Below are positions 1-9,348 of a DNA stretch of 48,786 bases, piece by piece; position 1 is the first letter of the stretch; each line of letters opens with the position of its first letter. The DNA is taken from the NCBI GenBank assembly GCA_964564475.1, contig CAZMBM010000003.1, positions 1 through 48,786 on the forward strand, read 5' to 3'. This DNA comes from an uncultured Flavobacteriaceae bacterium (GTDB lineage Bacteria > Bacteroidota > Bacteroidia > Flavobacteriales > Flavobacteriaceae). Below the pieces are notes generated by a model, which saw nothing but the letters and a program-made list of their open reading frames with translations, had not been told where the DNA came from and did no database searches. A program made the position numbers and the translations under genes.

Positions 1-150
1 GAAACCGAAGCCAAAATTAAAGAGCGCGTGGCTAAAGCCGAAAAAGAGCTCAAATTTGCTAAAGAATTTGATGTTATTTTAGTAAATGATGTTTTAAAAG
101 AAGCGCAAAATAAAGCCTATAAAATAGTGAAAGATTTCATCGACAAATAA
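1..150 (+). CDS. gmk: Guanylate kinase, C-terminal fragment (5' end outside window)
   Basis: Frame +1 is open from the window edge to TAA at 148-150. The tail ...KEFDVILVNDVLKEAQNKAYKIVKDFIDK resembles the C-terminus of bacterial Gmk. Only 49 aa are visible, so the call rests on recollection of the family. Confidence 0.45.
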   Translation, partial: ETEAKIKERVAKAEKELKFAKEFDVILVNDVLKEAQNKAYKIVKDFIDK

Positions 151-161
151 ACCCAATAATT

Positions 162-740
162 ATGAATATCGGACTCTATTTCGGCACTTTTAATCCCATT
201 CACGTTGGGCATTTGATTATTGCCAATCACATGGCCGAATATGCCGGTTTAGAGCAGGTGTGGTTTGTGGTGAGTCCGCAAAATCCGTTTAAACAAAAAG
301 CGACCCTCTTAGCCGATTACCACCGCTATCAACTGGTGCAAATAGCGACAGAAGATTATAAGAAATTAAAGCCGTCTAAAATAGAATTCAATTTACCCAT
401 TCCGTCTTATACCGTCAATACCTTAGCACATTTGTCTGAAAAACACCCCGACCATACCTTTAATTTGATAATGGGCGAAGACAATTTAAACAACTTCCAC
501 AAATGGAAAAATCACACCTTTATTCTGGAAAACCATCACTTGTATGTATATCCGCGTTTAACCACCACCTTAAAAAACGACAGTTTTAAAAACCATCCCC
601 ACATCCATTTAATCGATGCGCCGGTAATAGAAATAGCCGCCACACATATCCGTAAAGCCATAGCTCAAAAACAAGAAGTGCGCCCTTTACTGCCTTGTAA
701 AGTCTGGCAATATATTGACGAGATGAATTTTTACAAATAG
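162..740 (+). CDS. nadD: Nicotinate-nucleotide adenylyltransferase
   Basis: 192-aa ORF with the N-terminal nucleotidyltransferase motif GTFNPIHVGHL (GxFxPxHxGH). Length is typical of NadD. Confidence 0.9.
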   Translation: MNIGLYFGTFNPIHVGHLIIANHMAEYAGLEQVWFVVSPQNPFKQKATLLADYHRYQLVQIATEDYKKLKPSKIEFNLPIPSYTVNTLAHLSEKHPDHTFNLIMGEDNLNNFHKWKNHTFILENHHLYVYPRLTTTLKNDSFKNHPHIHLIDAPVIEIAATHIRKAIAQKQEVRPLLPCKVWQYIDEMNFYK

Positions 741-789
741 TGAAAGACAGTTATTTCACACTTAAAAATACATTGTATCTTTGTTGTTT

Positions 790-1665
790 ATGGCTAAGAA
801 AAAGAAACAGATAAAAAAAACGCTTAAAAAAAAACTGACGCGAAAATACCGCTTGGTAATTTTAAACGAAGATTCTTTTGAAGAACGCATATCATTTAAA
901 ATAAACCGTTTAAATGTGTTGGTTTTAGGAAGCATATTCTCGGTGTTGCTCATCAGTTTAACATCGGTAATTATAGCATATACCCCACTAAAAGAATACA
1001 TTCCCGGTTACTCGTCAACAGCCTTAAAACAAAAAGCCACCCATTTGGTGTATAAATCAGATTCTTTAGAACGTGTTTTAAGTGTTAACAATGCCTATTT
1101 AGAAGCCATCCGCAAAGTTTTGTCGGGTAAAGTAGATACTTTTCCGGCATTTAACAAAGACATTGTATTAAATACAAAGCCCAAAGTTATAGACGAGAGA
1201 CAGTTAAAGCCTTCTGAAGAAGATTCCGTCTTTAGAGACCAAGTAGAGTTAGAAGACCGTTTTACACTGTTTAACAAAGCTACCAAGAAAACCAAAGTGG
1301 TGTTTTTTGCCCCTGTTTTAGGGAAAATAACTCAGGGTTTTAACATAAAAGAAAAACACTATGCCATTGATATCGCCGTTAAAACCGGCACACCTGTAAA
1401 AACGGTAGCCGACGGCACTGTAATTTTTGCAGAGTGGACAGCAGAAACGGGTTATGTTATCATTATTGAACATACCAACGGATTTCTGTCGGTTTATAAA
1501 CACAATGCCATTTTGTTAAAAAAACAAGGCGATTTAGTTATAACCGGCGAAGCCATTGCTACAGTGGGTAATACGGGCGAATTTACCACGGGCCCTCATT
1601 TGCATTTCGAATTGTGGAATGACGGCTACCCTATAGACCCCTCGCAATTTATAGATTTTGAATAA
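790..1665 (+). CDS. M23 family metallopeptidase (LytM-type), membrane-anchored
   Basis: The ORF track starts at TTG 781; ATG at 790 (MAKKKKQ) is more plausible. N-terminal TM helix (VLVLGSIFSVLLISLTSVIIA). M23 motifs HYAIDIA (HxxxD) and GPHLHFE (HxH) are present. Confidence 0.85.
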   Translation: MAKKKKQIKKTLKKKLTRKYRLVILNEDSFEERISFKINRLNVLVLGSIFSVLLISLTSVIIAYTPLKEYIPGYSSTALKQKATHLVYKSDSLERVLSVNNAYLEAIRKVLSGKVDTFPAFNKDIVLNTKPKVIDERQLKPSEEDSVFRDQVELEDRFTLFNKATKKTKVVFFAPVLGKITQGFNIKEKHYAIDIAVKTGTPVKTVADGTVIFAEWTAETGYVIIIEHTNGFLSVYKHNAILLKKQGDLVITGEAIATVGNTGEFTTGPHLHFELWNDGYPIDPSQFIDFE

Positions 1666-3152
1666 TGAGTTTAAAAGGAGCACTCGCTAAAATATATGCC
1701 AAAAAAACAGCTAAAAGAGTCTATAAATGGGCCAATAATCCTTTGGAAACACAACAAAAGGTATTTAAAACGCTTATTAAAACCGCCCAAAACACACAGT
1801 TTGGGAAAGACCATAATTTTGAGACGCTTAATAGCTATACCGATTTTAAAAAGGCGGTTCCCATAAGAGATTATGAAGCTTTAAAACCTTATGTAGATAA
1901 AATGGTTTCAGGAGACTTAGATGTCTTATGGCCGGGTAAGCCTTTGTATTTTGCCAAAACCAGTGGCACCACTTCGGGCGCTAAATACATTCCTATTACA
2001 AAGATGTCTATGCCGTATCATATTCAGGCAGCCAAAGAGGCCTTATTATTATATATAGCCTCTACCGGTAAAGCCGATTTCGTTGACGGTAAGATGATTT
2101 TTTTACAAGGGAGTCCTGTTATTGGCACCACAAACGGTATAAAAACCGGCCGTTTGTCGGGTATTGTGGCCCATTATGTGCCTAAATACTTACAAAAAAA
2201 CCGCATGCCGAGTTGGGAAACCAATTGTATAGACGATTGGGAAACCAAAGTCGAGGCTATTGTAAACGAAACCCTTGACGAAGATATGCGCTTGATAAGT
2301 GGTATTCCGTCTTGGGTGCAGATGTATTTTGAAAAATTGATAGCTAAGACAGATAAAAAAGTAGGAACCCTTTTTAAAAACTTTAATTTGTTTGTGTACG
2401 GCGGTGTTAATTATGAGCCATACCGTCAAAAGATGGAAGATTTAATCGGTCGAAAAGTGGACAGTATCGAATTGTATCCGGCATCTGAAGGTTTTTTTGC
2501 CTATCAAGATGTACAAGAAGACAAGGGTTTGCTTTTGCAACTCAACAGTGGTATTTTTTACGAGTTTGTAGAAGCCGATACTTTTTTTGACGACAAGCCA
2601 AACCGTATAAGCTTGGGCGATGTTAAGTTGGCTATTAATTACGCTTTAATAATCTCTACAAATGCGGGTTTGTGGGCTTACAATATTGGAGACACCGTAA
2701 TGTTTACGTCCTTAAAACCCTATAAAATTGTGGTTACAGGACGTATAAAACACTTTATTTCGGCTTTTGGCGAGCACGTCATCGGTAAAGAAGTAGAGCA
2801 AGCGCTGCAAGAAACGGTTGCCAATTCTACCATCCGTATAAACGAATTTACGGTAGCGCCTCAAATAACACCTAAAACGGGTTTGCCTTACCACGAGTGG
2901 TTTATAGAATTTGAAAAAATGCCGGACGATTTAGAAAAATTTGCCTTAAAAATTGACGCTTCTTTACGTAAGCAAAACACGTATTACGACGATTTAATTA
3001 CAGGTAAAGTATTACGTCCTTTGCTTGTCACAACCGTAGTTAAAAATGGGTTTAATAAGTATATGAAAACACAAGGCAAACTTGGGGGGCAGAACAAAAT
3101 ACCGCGTTTGGCCAACGACCGTAAAATAGCCGATAAACTTGAAACCCTATAA
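1665..3152 (+). CDS. GH3 family (auxin-responsive-promoter-like) adenylating enzyme homologue
   Basis: 495 aa with the P-loop-like KTSGTTSGAKYIP motif, and overall resemblance to bacterial GH3 domain proteins common in Bacteroidota. The start ATG overlaps the upstream TAA (TAATG). Confidence 0.8.
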   Translation: MSLKGALAKIYAKKTAKRVYKWANNPLETQQKVFKTLIKTAQNTQFGKDHNFETLNSYTDFKKAVPIRDYEALKPYVDKMVSGDLDVLWPGKPLYFAKTSGTTSGAKYIPITKMSMPYHIQAAKEALLLYIASTGKADFVDGKMIFLQGSPVIGTTNGIKTGRLSGIVAHYVPKYLQKNRMPSWETNCIDDWETKVEAIVNETLDEDMRLISGIPSWVQMYFEKLIAKTDKKVGTLFKNFNLFVYGGVNYEPYRQKMEDLIGRKVDSIELYPASEGFFAYQDVQEDKGLLLQLNSGIFYEFVEADTFFDDKPNRISLGDVKLAINYALIISTNAGLWAYNIGDTVMFTSLKPYKIVVTGRIKHFISAFGEHVIGKEVEQALQETVANSTIRINEFTVAPQITPKTGLPYHEWFIEFEKMPDDLEKFALKIDASLRKQNTYYDDLITGKVLRPLLVTTVVKNGFNKYMKTQGKLGGQNKIPRLANDRKIADKLETL

Positions 3153-3155
3153 ACT

Positions 3156-3713
3156 ATGAAAATCATTTCGCTTAATATAGGAATACCCAAAAAAGTACAA
3201 TGGCGTCATAAAACCATAACAACAGGTATTTTTAAAAAACCCGTATCAACATCCATTCATTTGGGTTTAGAAGATGTTGATGGCGACCATGTCATAGACA
3301 GGAAATACCACGGAGGTGTTAATAAAGCCGTTTACGCCTATGGTTTTAACCATTATGACTACTGGCAGGCACTTTATCCCGATTTGGAATTTAATTACGG
3401 TATGTTTGGTGAAAATCTGACAGTCGATTTTTTAGATGAAACACAAATTCATATAGGAGCTGTTTTTAAATTGGGTTCAGCCATAATTGAAGTCGCCGGC
3501 CCGCGCGAACCCTGTTATAAACTCGGTATCCGTTTTAACGACACGAAAGTGATAAAACAATTTTGGAACAACAGCAAATGCGGAGTGTACTTTAAAGTAA
3601 TACAAGAAGGAAATGTACACATAAAAGATGTTTTTAAAAATATTGAAACACACCCCGAAAACCCTACCGTTGTAGATATTTACAACAAAGCAAAAGGTCA
3701 AAACCGAGATTAG
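3156..3713 (+). CDS. MOSC domain-containing protein (YiiM-like)
   Basis: 185 aa with motifs YHGG..KAVYAY, GENL and the conserved Cys context REPCYKLG. It lies 3 nt downstream of the GH3 gene. Confidence 0.8.
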   Translation: MKIISLNIGIPKKVQWRHKTITTGIFKKPVSTSIHLGLEDVDGDHVIDRKYHGGVNKAVYAYGFNHYDYWQALYPDLEFNYGMFGENLTVDFLDETQIHIGAVFKLGSAIIEVAGPREPCYKLGIRFNDTKVIKQFWNNSKCGVYFKVIQEGNVHIKDVFKNIETHPENPTVVDIYNKAKGQNRD

Positions 3714-3762
3714 GTTTTTGCCAACTCGATATATTTAAGTAGTTTGCTGAAAATTTCACATT

Positions 3763-4635
3763 TTGAACTGGCCGGAAATTATATTCTACATTGTTGCTTT
3801 TCTAACTTTAGTCAGTCTGATTCTGTATTTTTTTCAAGACTATTTTTTATTCAGACCCGAAAAATTACCGCAAGATTTTGAATTTCAGTATCAAAATCAG
3901 GAAGTAGAAGAATATTATCTCGAAATTAAAAAAGGGGTTAAATTAAACGGATTGCACTTTAAGTCTAAGCGCTCTAAAGGCTTGGTATTTTATTTAAAAG
4001 GCAATTCTAAAAGTATTAAAGGCTGGGGTAAATTTGCTGTTGATTTTACCTCGCAGGGCTGGGATGTTTTTATGATGGATTACCGCGGTTTTGGTAAAAG
4101 CACAGGCAAACGCAGTCAAGAGTCTTTTAAAAGAGATGTACAAATGGTGTACGACAAACTTAAAGAAGTGGTAAACGAACGTCATATAATCATTTACGGG
4201 CGTTCGTTAGGCACGGGTTTGGCTACCAAATTGGCCTCGGTAAACAACCCGCGCATGCTTATTTTAGCCTGCCCGTATTACAGTATGCGCAACAGTATCA
4301 AACGCTTTTTTCCCATTCTCCCTGTTAAATTGTTTTTGCGTTTTTCTATGCCGTCGTATAAATGGATTAAATATGTAAAATGCCCCATCCATATTATTCA
4401 TGGAACCAACGACAAGCAAATCCCTTTTAAATCGGGTATCAGGTTGTCTCGTGTTAATGCCGAACGGACACGCTTGTATCCCGTCATTAACGGAGGGCAT
4501 AAAAATCTTCACAATTTTGAAGATTATCACCGTGCTTTAAAAGAGATTTTAAACACTAAATATGACAAAAAATTAGACCGCGAGAATTGCAGTATCGATT
4601 TTGTACGCAGTAAAACGATTAAGATTAAAAAATGA
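3763..4635 (+). CDS. Alpha/beta hydrolase, membrane-anchored (paralogue 1)
   Basis: 290 aa with a TTG start (start uncertain) and an N-terminal TM helix. Contains DYRGFGKSTG and the nucleophile elbow GRSLG, with Asp/His candidates near the C-terminus (HGTNDK, GGHKN). Confidence 0.75.
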   Translation: MNWPEIIFYIVAFLTLVSLILYFFQDYFLFRPEKLPQDFEFQYQNQEVEEYYLEIKKGVKLNGLHFKSKRSKGLVFYLKGNSKSIKGWGKFAVDFTSQGWDVFMMDYRGFGKSTGKRSQESFKRDVQMVYDKLKEVVNERHIIIYGRSLGTGLATKLASVNNPRMLILACPYYSMRNSIKRFFPILPVKLFLRFSMPSYKWIKYVKCPIHIIHGTNDKQIPFKSGIRLSRVNAERTRLYPVINGGHKNLHNFEDYHRALKEILNTKYDKKLDRENCSIDFVRSKTIKIKK

Positions 4636-5450
4636 TGCCTTTTCTAAAAAAAACACTTTTTTTTATACTTGTTGTTTATTGTGTGGCTTTGCTGGGTTTC
4701 TACCTTTTTCAGGAGCGTTTTATTTTTCAATCGGTTAAATTAAAGCAAGACTACAGTTTTAAATTTGATAAAACATTTAAAGAAATAAACTTAAAAACCA
4801 AAGACGGGGCTATTTTAAATGCCTTGTATTTCGAACTTAAAAACCCCAAAGGCGTTATACTTTATTTTCACGGCAATAAAGGCAATTTGGTGCGTTGGGG
4901 CTCCATAGCATCAGAATTGACCCCTTATAATTACAACGTTTTGGTGGTAGATTACCGCGGGTACGGTAAGAGTACAGGTACACGTAGCGAGGATAAATTA
5001 TACAATGATGCACAGCGGTGGTACAATTATTTAAAAGCTACTTTTAAGGAATCTAACATTACAGTTTATGGTCGTTCATTGGGCGCCACTTTCGCAACTT
5101 ATGTGGCAGGTAACAATAAGCCCAAACAGCTTATTTTAGAAGCCCCTTTTAACCGCTTAAGCGCTGTGCCCGAATATTGGTTTAAATACGCTCCTTATAA
5201 TCTGTTACTACGTTATCGATTTAATTCGCAGGAGTATATTAAAAATGTAAGTTGTCCTATCACAATCTTTCACGGTACAAAAGACAGGGTTATTTCTATA
5301 AAAATAGGCCGGCGATTGTACAAATCTGCCCCTAAAGATTTAACAGAATTTGTTAGGGTAAATAACGCCACACACCATAATATTGGTGATTTTGACATTT
5401 ATAAAGCGAAGATGGCCGCGTTGTTAAATGACGATGAAACAGTAAAATAG
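4632..5450 (+). CDS. Alpha/beta hydrolase, membrane-anchored (paralogue 2)
   Basis: 272 aa with an ATGA start/stop overlap with the upstream paralogue. Motifs are colinear with it: HGNKGN, DYRGYGKSTG, GRSLG, HGTKDR, ATHHN. Confidence 0.8.
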   Translation: MMPFLKKTLFFILVVYCVALLGFYLFQERFIFQSVKLKQDYSFKFDKTFKEINLKTKDGAILNALYFELKNPKGVILYFHGNKGNLVRWGSIASELTPYNYNVLVVDYRGYGKSTGTRSEDKLYNDAQRWYNYLKATFKESNITVYGRSLGATFATYVAGNNKPKQLILEAPFNRLSAVPEYWFKYAPYNLLLRYRFNSQEYIKNVSCPITIFHGTKDRVISIKIGRRLYKSAPKDLTEFVRVNNATHHNIGDFDIYKAKMAALLNDDETVK

Positions 5451-5464
5451 TTATTATTAATTTT

Positions 5465-5497
5465 AGTCGGGGTTTCGCTATGAGTAAAGCCCTGACT
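5465..5497. repeat. REP-like hairpin, family 1 (AGTCRGGG...CCCTGACT), copy A
   Basis: agtcggggtttcgctatgagtaaagccctgact folds into a stem of about 11 bp (two G-U pairs). The same ends and length recur at 21416-21448 and, degenerate, at 21576-21609. Confidence 0.7.
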
Positions 5498-5508
5498 TTT
5501 TTAGTATT

Positions 5509-5538
5509 TGATACGATGACTTTTAAGTTATCGTATCA
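5509..5538. repeat. REP-like palindrome, family 2 (TGATACGATGAC / GTCATCGTATCA), copy A (imperfect)
   Basis: tgatacgatgac-ttttaa-gttatcgtatca, arms match 11/12. It lies 11 nt after family-1 copy A, the same order as at 21416-21497. Confidence 0.7.
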
Positions 5539-5562
5539 GTAAGAAAACACATAAAATTCAAA

Positions 5563-5599
5563 CAAAAAAAACGTCCCGATGGTATTCGGGACGTTTTAA
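5563..5599. terminator. Bidirectional intrinsic terminator between convergent hydrolase and OmpA-like genes
   Basis: Perfect 10-bp stem aacgtcccga / tcgggacgtt (5570-5579 and 5586-5595) with a 6-nt loop. An A-run lies upstream and a T-run downstream. Confidence 0.75.
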
Positions 5600-5637
5600 A
5601 TTCAAGAACATAATTAACTAAAAGTTAATCACAAGTT

Positions 5638-6492
5638 TTATTTAGCTTTTTTCATGCCCTGTTCCAATAAGTCATAGAACTCATCTAATTTAGGCAGTAT
5701 GATAATACGTGTCCTGCGATTTTTGGCTCTACCGGCATCGGTAGTATTATCAGCAATAGGTATATATTCGCTTCTGCCGGCAGCGGTCATACGCTCGGGC
5801 GCCACCTGAAAGTCATTTTGTAGAATACGCACAACCGAAGTAGCGCGTTTTACACTTAAATCCCAATTATCTTCAACCACGTCATTTTTTATAGAAACAT
5901 TGTCTGTATGCCCTTCAACCATAATGTCGATATCGGGTTTGTCATTAACTATTTTGGCTACTTTTCCTAAAATTTCTTTGGCGCGGTCAGATACTACAAA
6001 ACTGCCGGTATTAAACACCAACTTATCTGATAACGATATATACACCACACCTTTTTCAACATTTACTTCAATATCAGGGTCGTTTATATCGTCTAAAACA
6101 CCTTTAAGGCTGGTTACTAAAGCAAGGGTTACAGAATCCCTTCTTGTAATGGCTTCTTGCATAGAGCGAATGCGCAAATCTTTTTCTTTGATATTTTCTA
6201 AAGATTTTTCTAGATTTTCAGCTTCTTTTCTAGATAGTGAGGCCATATTTCCCAAATTTTCTAACAAAGCATTATTTGCTTTTTTAAGATGGCTTACCTG
6301 ATCGTTAAGCGTTTTAAAATTGGAATTGACTTTCTCTTTTTCGAGAATACACTTAGTTAAATTGGCTTTGGCATCAACTAAATTTTGCTGGGTTTTATCT
6401 AAATTACTTTGTAATTCTGTGTACTGTTTTTTCGACACACAAGAACTTAAAAAAATAACGGCAACTAAAACGATTCCTAAAATATTTTTCAT
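5638..6492 (-). CDS. OmpA/MotB-domain lipoprotein with N-terminal coiled coil
   Basis: Signal peptide with lipobox (FLSSC). The N-terminal half is rich in heptad-like repeats. The C-terminal peptidoglycan-binding motifs are EGHTDN...NWDLSVKRA...GRSEYIP...AGRAKNRRTRIII. Confidence 0.85.
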   Translation of the reverse strand: MKNILGIVLVAVIFLSSCVSKKQYTELQSNLDKTQQNLVDAKANLTKCILEKEKVNSNFKTLNDQVSHLKKANNALLENLGNMASLSRKEAENLEKSLENIKEKDLRIRSMQEAITRRDSVTLALVTSLKGVLDDINDPDIEVNVEKGVVYISLSDKLVFNTGSFVVSDRAKEILGKVAKIVNDKPDIDIMVEGHTDNVSIKNDVVEDNWDLSVKRATSVVRILQNDFQVAPERMTAAGRSEYIPIADNTTDAGRAKNRRTRIIILPKLDEFYDLLEQGMKKAK

Positions 6493-6585
6493 GGGTTTAA
6501 ATTTTGCACAAAAGTATTAAATAACAAACGAAAAATGAATATCCTATTCTAAAATTTATATAAAATTTATGACTATTTTTTACTG

Positions 6586-6593
6586 TAACTTTG
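6586..6593 (+). promoter_or_regulatory. Putative Bacteroidota -7 promoter element (TAnnTTTG) for apbE
   Basis: taactttg matches TAnnTTTG exactly, 23 nt upstream of ATG 6616. Confidence 0.35.
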
Positions 6594-6615
6594 TAAACCG
6601 AATAAAACACTTTAT

Positions 6616-7602
6616 ATGAGACGGTTTTTAGGCTTTTTTTTAGGCGCTATTTTTATTATTTCGTGTACAAATTTAGACAGTTCAACTCTTCAAAAACTAG
6701 AAGGAAATGCTTTGGGGACAACTTTTCATATAAGTTATTACGATGTGCAAAAACGCGATTTTTCTAAACAGATTGACAGTCTTTTGCGCCGCATTAATAA
6801 ATCGTTGTCAACCTACATCCCTACCTCAGATATTTCAAAAATTAACAAAGGCGACACTTCTGTTGTGGTTGACGCCTATTTTGAAGAGGTTTTTAACAAA
6901 TCGAAAGTTATTTATAAAGAAACCGACGGTATTTTTGATCCCACCATTGGCAGTTTGGTCAATGCGTGGGGATTTGGGCCGCAAAAAACAATGACAAGCC
7001 TTAATAAAAATCAAATTGATTCGCTTTTGCAATATGTCGGCTTTAACAAAGTGAGACTTAAAAACCGCCGTGTTGTTAAAGAAGATAAAAATATTTATTT
7101 AGACTTTAATGCCATTGCCAAAGGTTATGCCATTGACATTATTGGGCGTTATTTTGAAAGCCAAAATATTTCTAAATACCTTGTCGAAATAGGCGGTGAA
7201 ATCCGTGCACGTGGTGATAAATCGTGGCGTATTGCCGTAGAGCATCCTAATTTTGACGGTTCGCAAAGTTTTCAAGTTACAATTATTTTAAATAACGAAT
7301 CAATAGCCACTTCGGGCAGTTACCGTAAATTTAAACTAGACAAAAAAACAGGACAAAAATATATTCATATTATCAATCCCAAAACAGGCTATGCCACAAT
7401 GAGCAATTTGCTCAGTGCCTCGGTTATTGCACCGACCGATTGTGCCGATGTTGACGGTTATGCCACAGCCTTTATGGCTATGGGTTTAGAAAATACAAAG
7501 CGCTTTTTAGAAACGCATAAAAATTTTAAAGTTTTTTTGATTTACAGCGAAAACAATCAGATTAAAACCTATAAAACAGAAAATTTAACATTGAAAAAAT
7601 AA
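6616..7602 (+). CDS. apbE: FAD:protein FMN transferase (ApbE family lipoprotein)
   Basis: Lipobox IISC. ApbE-like motifs are AIAKGYAID, ATSGSYRKF, HIINPKTG and DGYATAF. Length 328 aa. Confidence 0.85.
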   Translation: MRRFLGFFLGAIFIISCTNLDSSTLQKLEGNALGTTFHISYYDVQKRDFSKQIDSLLRRINKSLSTYIPTSDISKINKGDTSVVVDAYFEEVFNKSKVIYKETDGIFDPTIGSLVNAWGFGPQKTMTSLNKNQIDSLLQYVGFNKVRLKNRRVVKEDKNIYLDFNAIAKGYAIDIIGRYFESQNISKYLVEIGGEIRARGDKSWRIAVEHPNFDGSQSFQVTIILNNESIATSGSYRKFKLDKKTGQKYIHIINPKTGYATMSNLLSASVIAPTDCADVDGYATAFMAMGLENTKRFLETHKNFKVFLIYSENNQIKTYKTENLTLKK

Positions 7603-7631
7603 GACTTTGTACTAAGCTCTTAATCCCTTTT

Positions 7632-9347
7632 TTAAAAATCAAATTTATATGTGATACCGGCTAAAGCTTGAAAACCTTGCACAGTAAAATTAGTGTATTT
7701 TTGATAGTCAATGCCTAAAATATTATTGAATTTTACAAAGGCTGTTAGCCTGTCGCTAAAAAGATACCCGCCACTAAGATTGGCATCCACATAAGCGGCA
7801 TTTGTAACCGGATTAAATACAACAGGCACAAGTGTCGGGAATAAGTTTGTGGGGAGACCTTTCCGTTCGCCTACTACATAAACACGAGCCTGAGCTTCCC
7901 ATTTTTTATAGGCGTATTTGCCATATATTTCAGCTCTTAAAGAGGGTAAATTCCAGGCTTCTTTTTCGTTAGAAAGCGTATAGGAATCAATATTTAAACG
8001 CCCGCCAAAAGTCAAATTTTTACTATAAGACAGCTCGGCGTTGGCTGTAAAACTGAGTGTTTTAACATTGTCGTAAACCACATTAAATGAGTTGCCAAAC
8101 TCGTAAGCACGATTGGTTACGCTAAGTATTTTAACCGGATTTAAAATAAACAAAGCCTTATCTTTTTCGTTTTTATACGACATCTGTAATTCATAACTTA
8201 TGTTTTGTTGTGCACCTTTAAACCCTATAAACACCTTGTATTGCTCATCTGTACGTTTTATGTTGAGCGTAGGACTCACAAAAGGATTGGCATTGACAAA
8301 GTCTTTATAAGTATTCTGATGTAAATCGCCGGTAAGTCCCCCAAAGATAGTCGATAAACCACTTTTATACGAAACTGTTATGTTGGGGTAGGCAAAAACC
8401 CGACTGTTTTGACCTAAAGCGGTTGGCGAACTGTAATATACTTTAACCCCCAAATTAAAGCTAAAATTATCGCGTAAAACTTCTAAATTAGGGGCGATTC
8501 CTAAATTAAAAAACCGATATGAAATAGGGTTGGTCTCAAGATAACTTTTGTTAAATGTGCCGTCTAAATAGGCCAAACTAAAAGTTGTTGTGAGGTATTC
8601 TGACGATAAAGGAAAAGCAAATTGAGGGGCGGCATAGAGGTAGTTTTCGGTAGTTTTGTAGTCGTCACTAAAAAAGGAATACTCAAAAGTACCGCCTTCG
8701 AAATACGAATTAAAATAAGAGAGTGCCCCACCGATATAAAAATTATTGTAATCTTGTTTTGGGTTTATAGTGTTTACATAATTATTGCCTAAAGGGGATA
8801 TGCCATACCAATTAGACTTTTGTAATCGCAGACCGGTATTGAGTTGCCAATCAAAATTATTTTCACTTTTTTTATAAAAAGCATCGACCTTTACATCAGA
8901 ATACGAATCGTCTAACAGACTATTTTTAACATTGCCATCAGATGATTTTATATTTACAAAAGTCCCGATATCACTGCTTTTTGTCGGATTATTGTGGATG
9001 AAGGCTTCTAACAGAGGTGTATTGTTGTTGCCGTAACCGGCACTTATAAAATTGTTGTAAATCTGTTTTAATTGAGGCCGTTTTAAACCCACAAAAGTCC
9101 CGCGTTTTGGCACAAAAGTTGACGCCACCGGTACAGAGAAAATTTTATATTCAAAATGTGGCCGCTTTACAGTTTGTCCTGTTTCTAAACGGGGATTTTT
9201 AGGGATTTTAAAAGCATCGGATACCGAAGGGTCAAAGGGTTTTGCCACATTAATAACTTTGGTTTTTAAAGTGTCTTTTTCTTTTTTTTGCGCAAAAGAA
9301 AAAGTACTCATCAATAGGGCTAAATATAAAAAACGCAATTTCATCAT
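7632..9347 (-). CDS. Predicted outer-membrane beta-barrel protein, function unknown
   Basis: Signal peptide ending SFAQ. The sequence is aromatic-rich with an alternating-hydrophobic pattern throughout. The C-terminus ...GITYKFDF carries the terminal Phe typical of OMPs. Its start is 1 nt downstream of the TPR gene stop. Confidence 0.6.
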   Translation of the reverse strand: MMKLRFLYLALLMSTFSFAQKKEKDTLKTKVINVAKPFDPSVSDAFKIPKNPRLETGQTVKRPHFEYKIFSVPVASTFVPKRGTFVGLKRPQLKQIYNNFISAGYGNNNTPLLEAFIHNNPTKSSDIGTFVNIKSSDGNVKNSLLDDSYSDVKVDAFYKKSENNFDWQLNTGLRLQKSNWYGISPLGNNYVNTINPKQDYNNFYIGGALSYFNSYFEGGTFEYSFFSDDYKTTENYLYAAPQFAFPLSSEYLTTTFSLAYLDGTFNKSYLETNPISYRFFNLGIAPNLEVLRDNFSFNLGVKVYYSSPTALGQNSRVFAYPNITVSYKSGLSTIFGGLTGDLHQNTYKDFVNANPFVSPTLNIKRTDEQYKVFIGFKGAQQNISYELQMSYKNEKDKALFILNPVKILSVTNRAYEFGNSFNVVYDNVKTLSFTANAELSYSKNLTFGGRLNIDSYTLSNEKEAWNLPSLRAEIYGKYAYKKWEAQARVYVVGERKGLPTNLFPTLVPVVFNPVTNAAYVDANLSGGYLFSDRLTAFVKFNNILGIDYQKYTNFTVQGFQALAGITYKFDF

Positions 9348-9348
9348 C

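Noticed and set aside
5900-6301. 133-aa ORF antisense to the OmpA-like gene
   Set aside because: It lies entirely inside a well-supported gene on the other strand. Its composition (Ser/Leu/Phe-rich) is typical of antisense shadow frames in AT-rich genomes, and it has no recognisable motif or start context. The same reasoning applies to the other short antisense ORFs in the track: 762-1001, 1095-1295, 1318-1503, 2190-2429, 6320-6520, 11673-11915, 13172-13453, 13914-14198, 15008-15307, 22998-23243 and 29355-29582.
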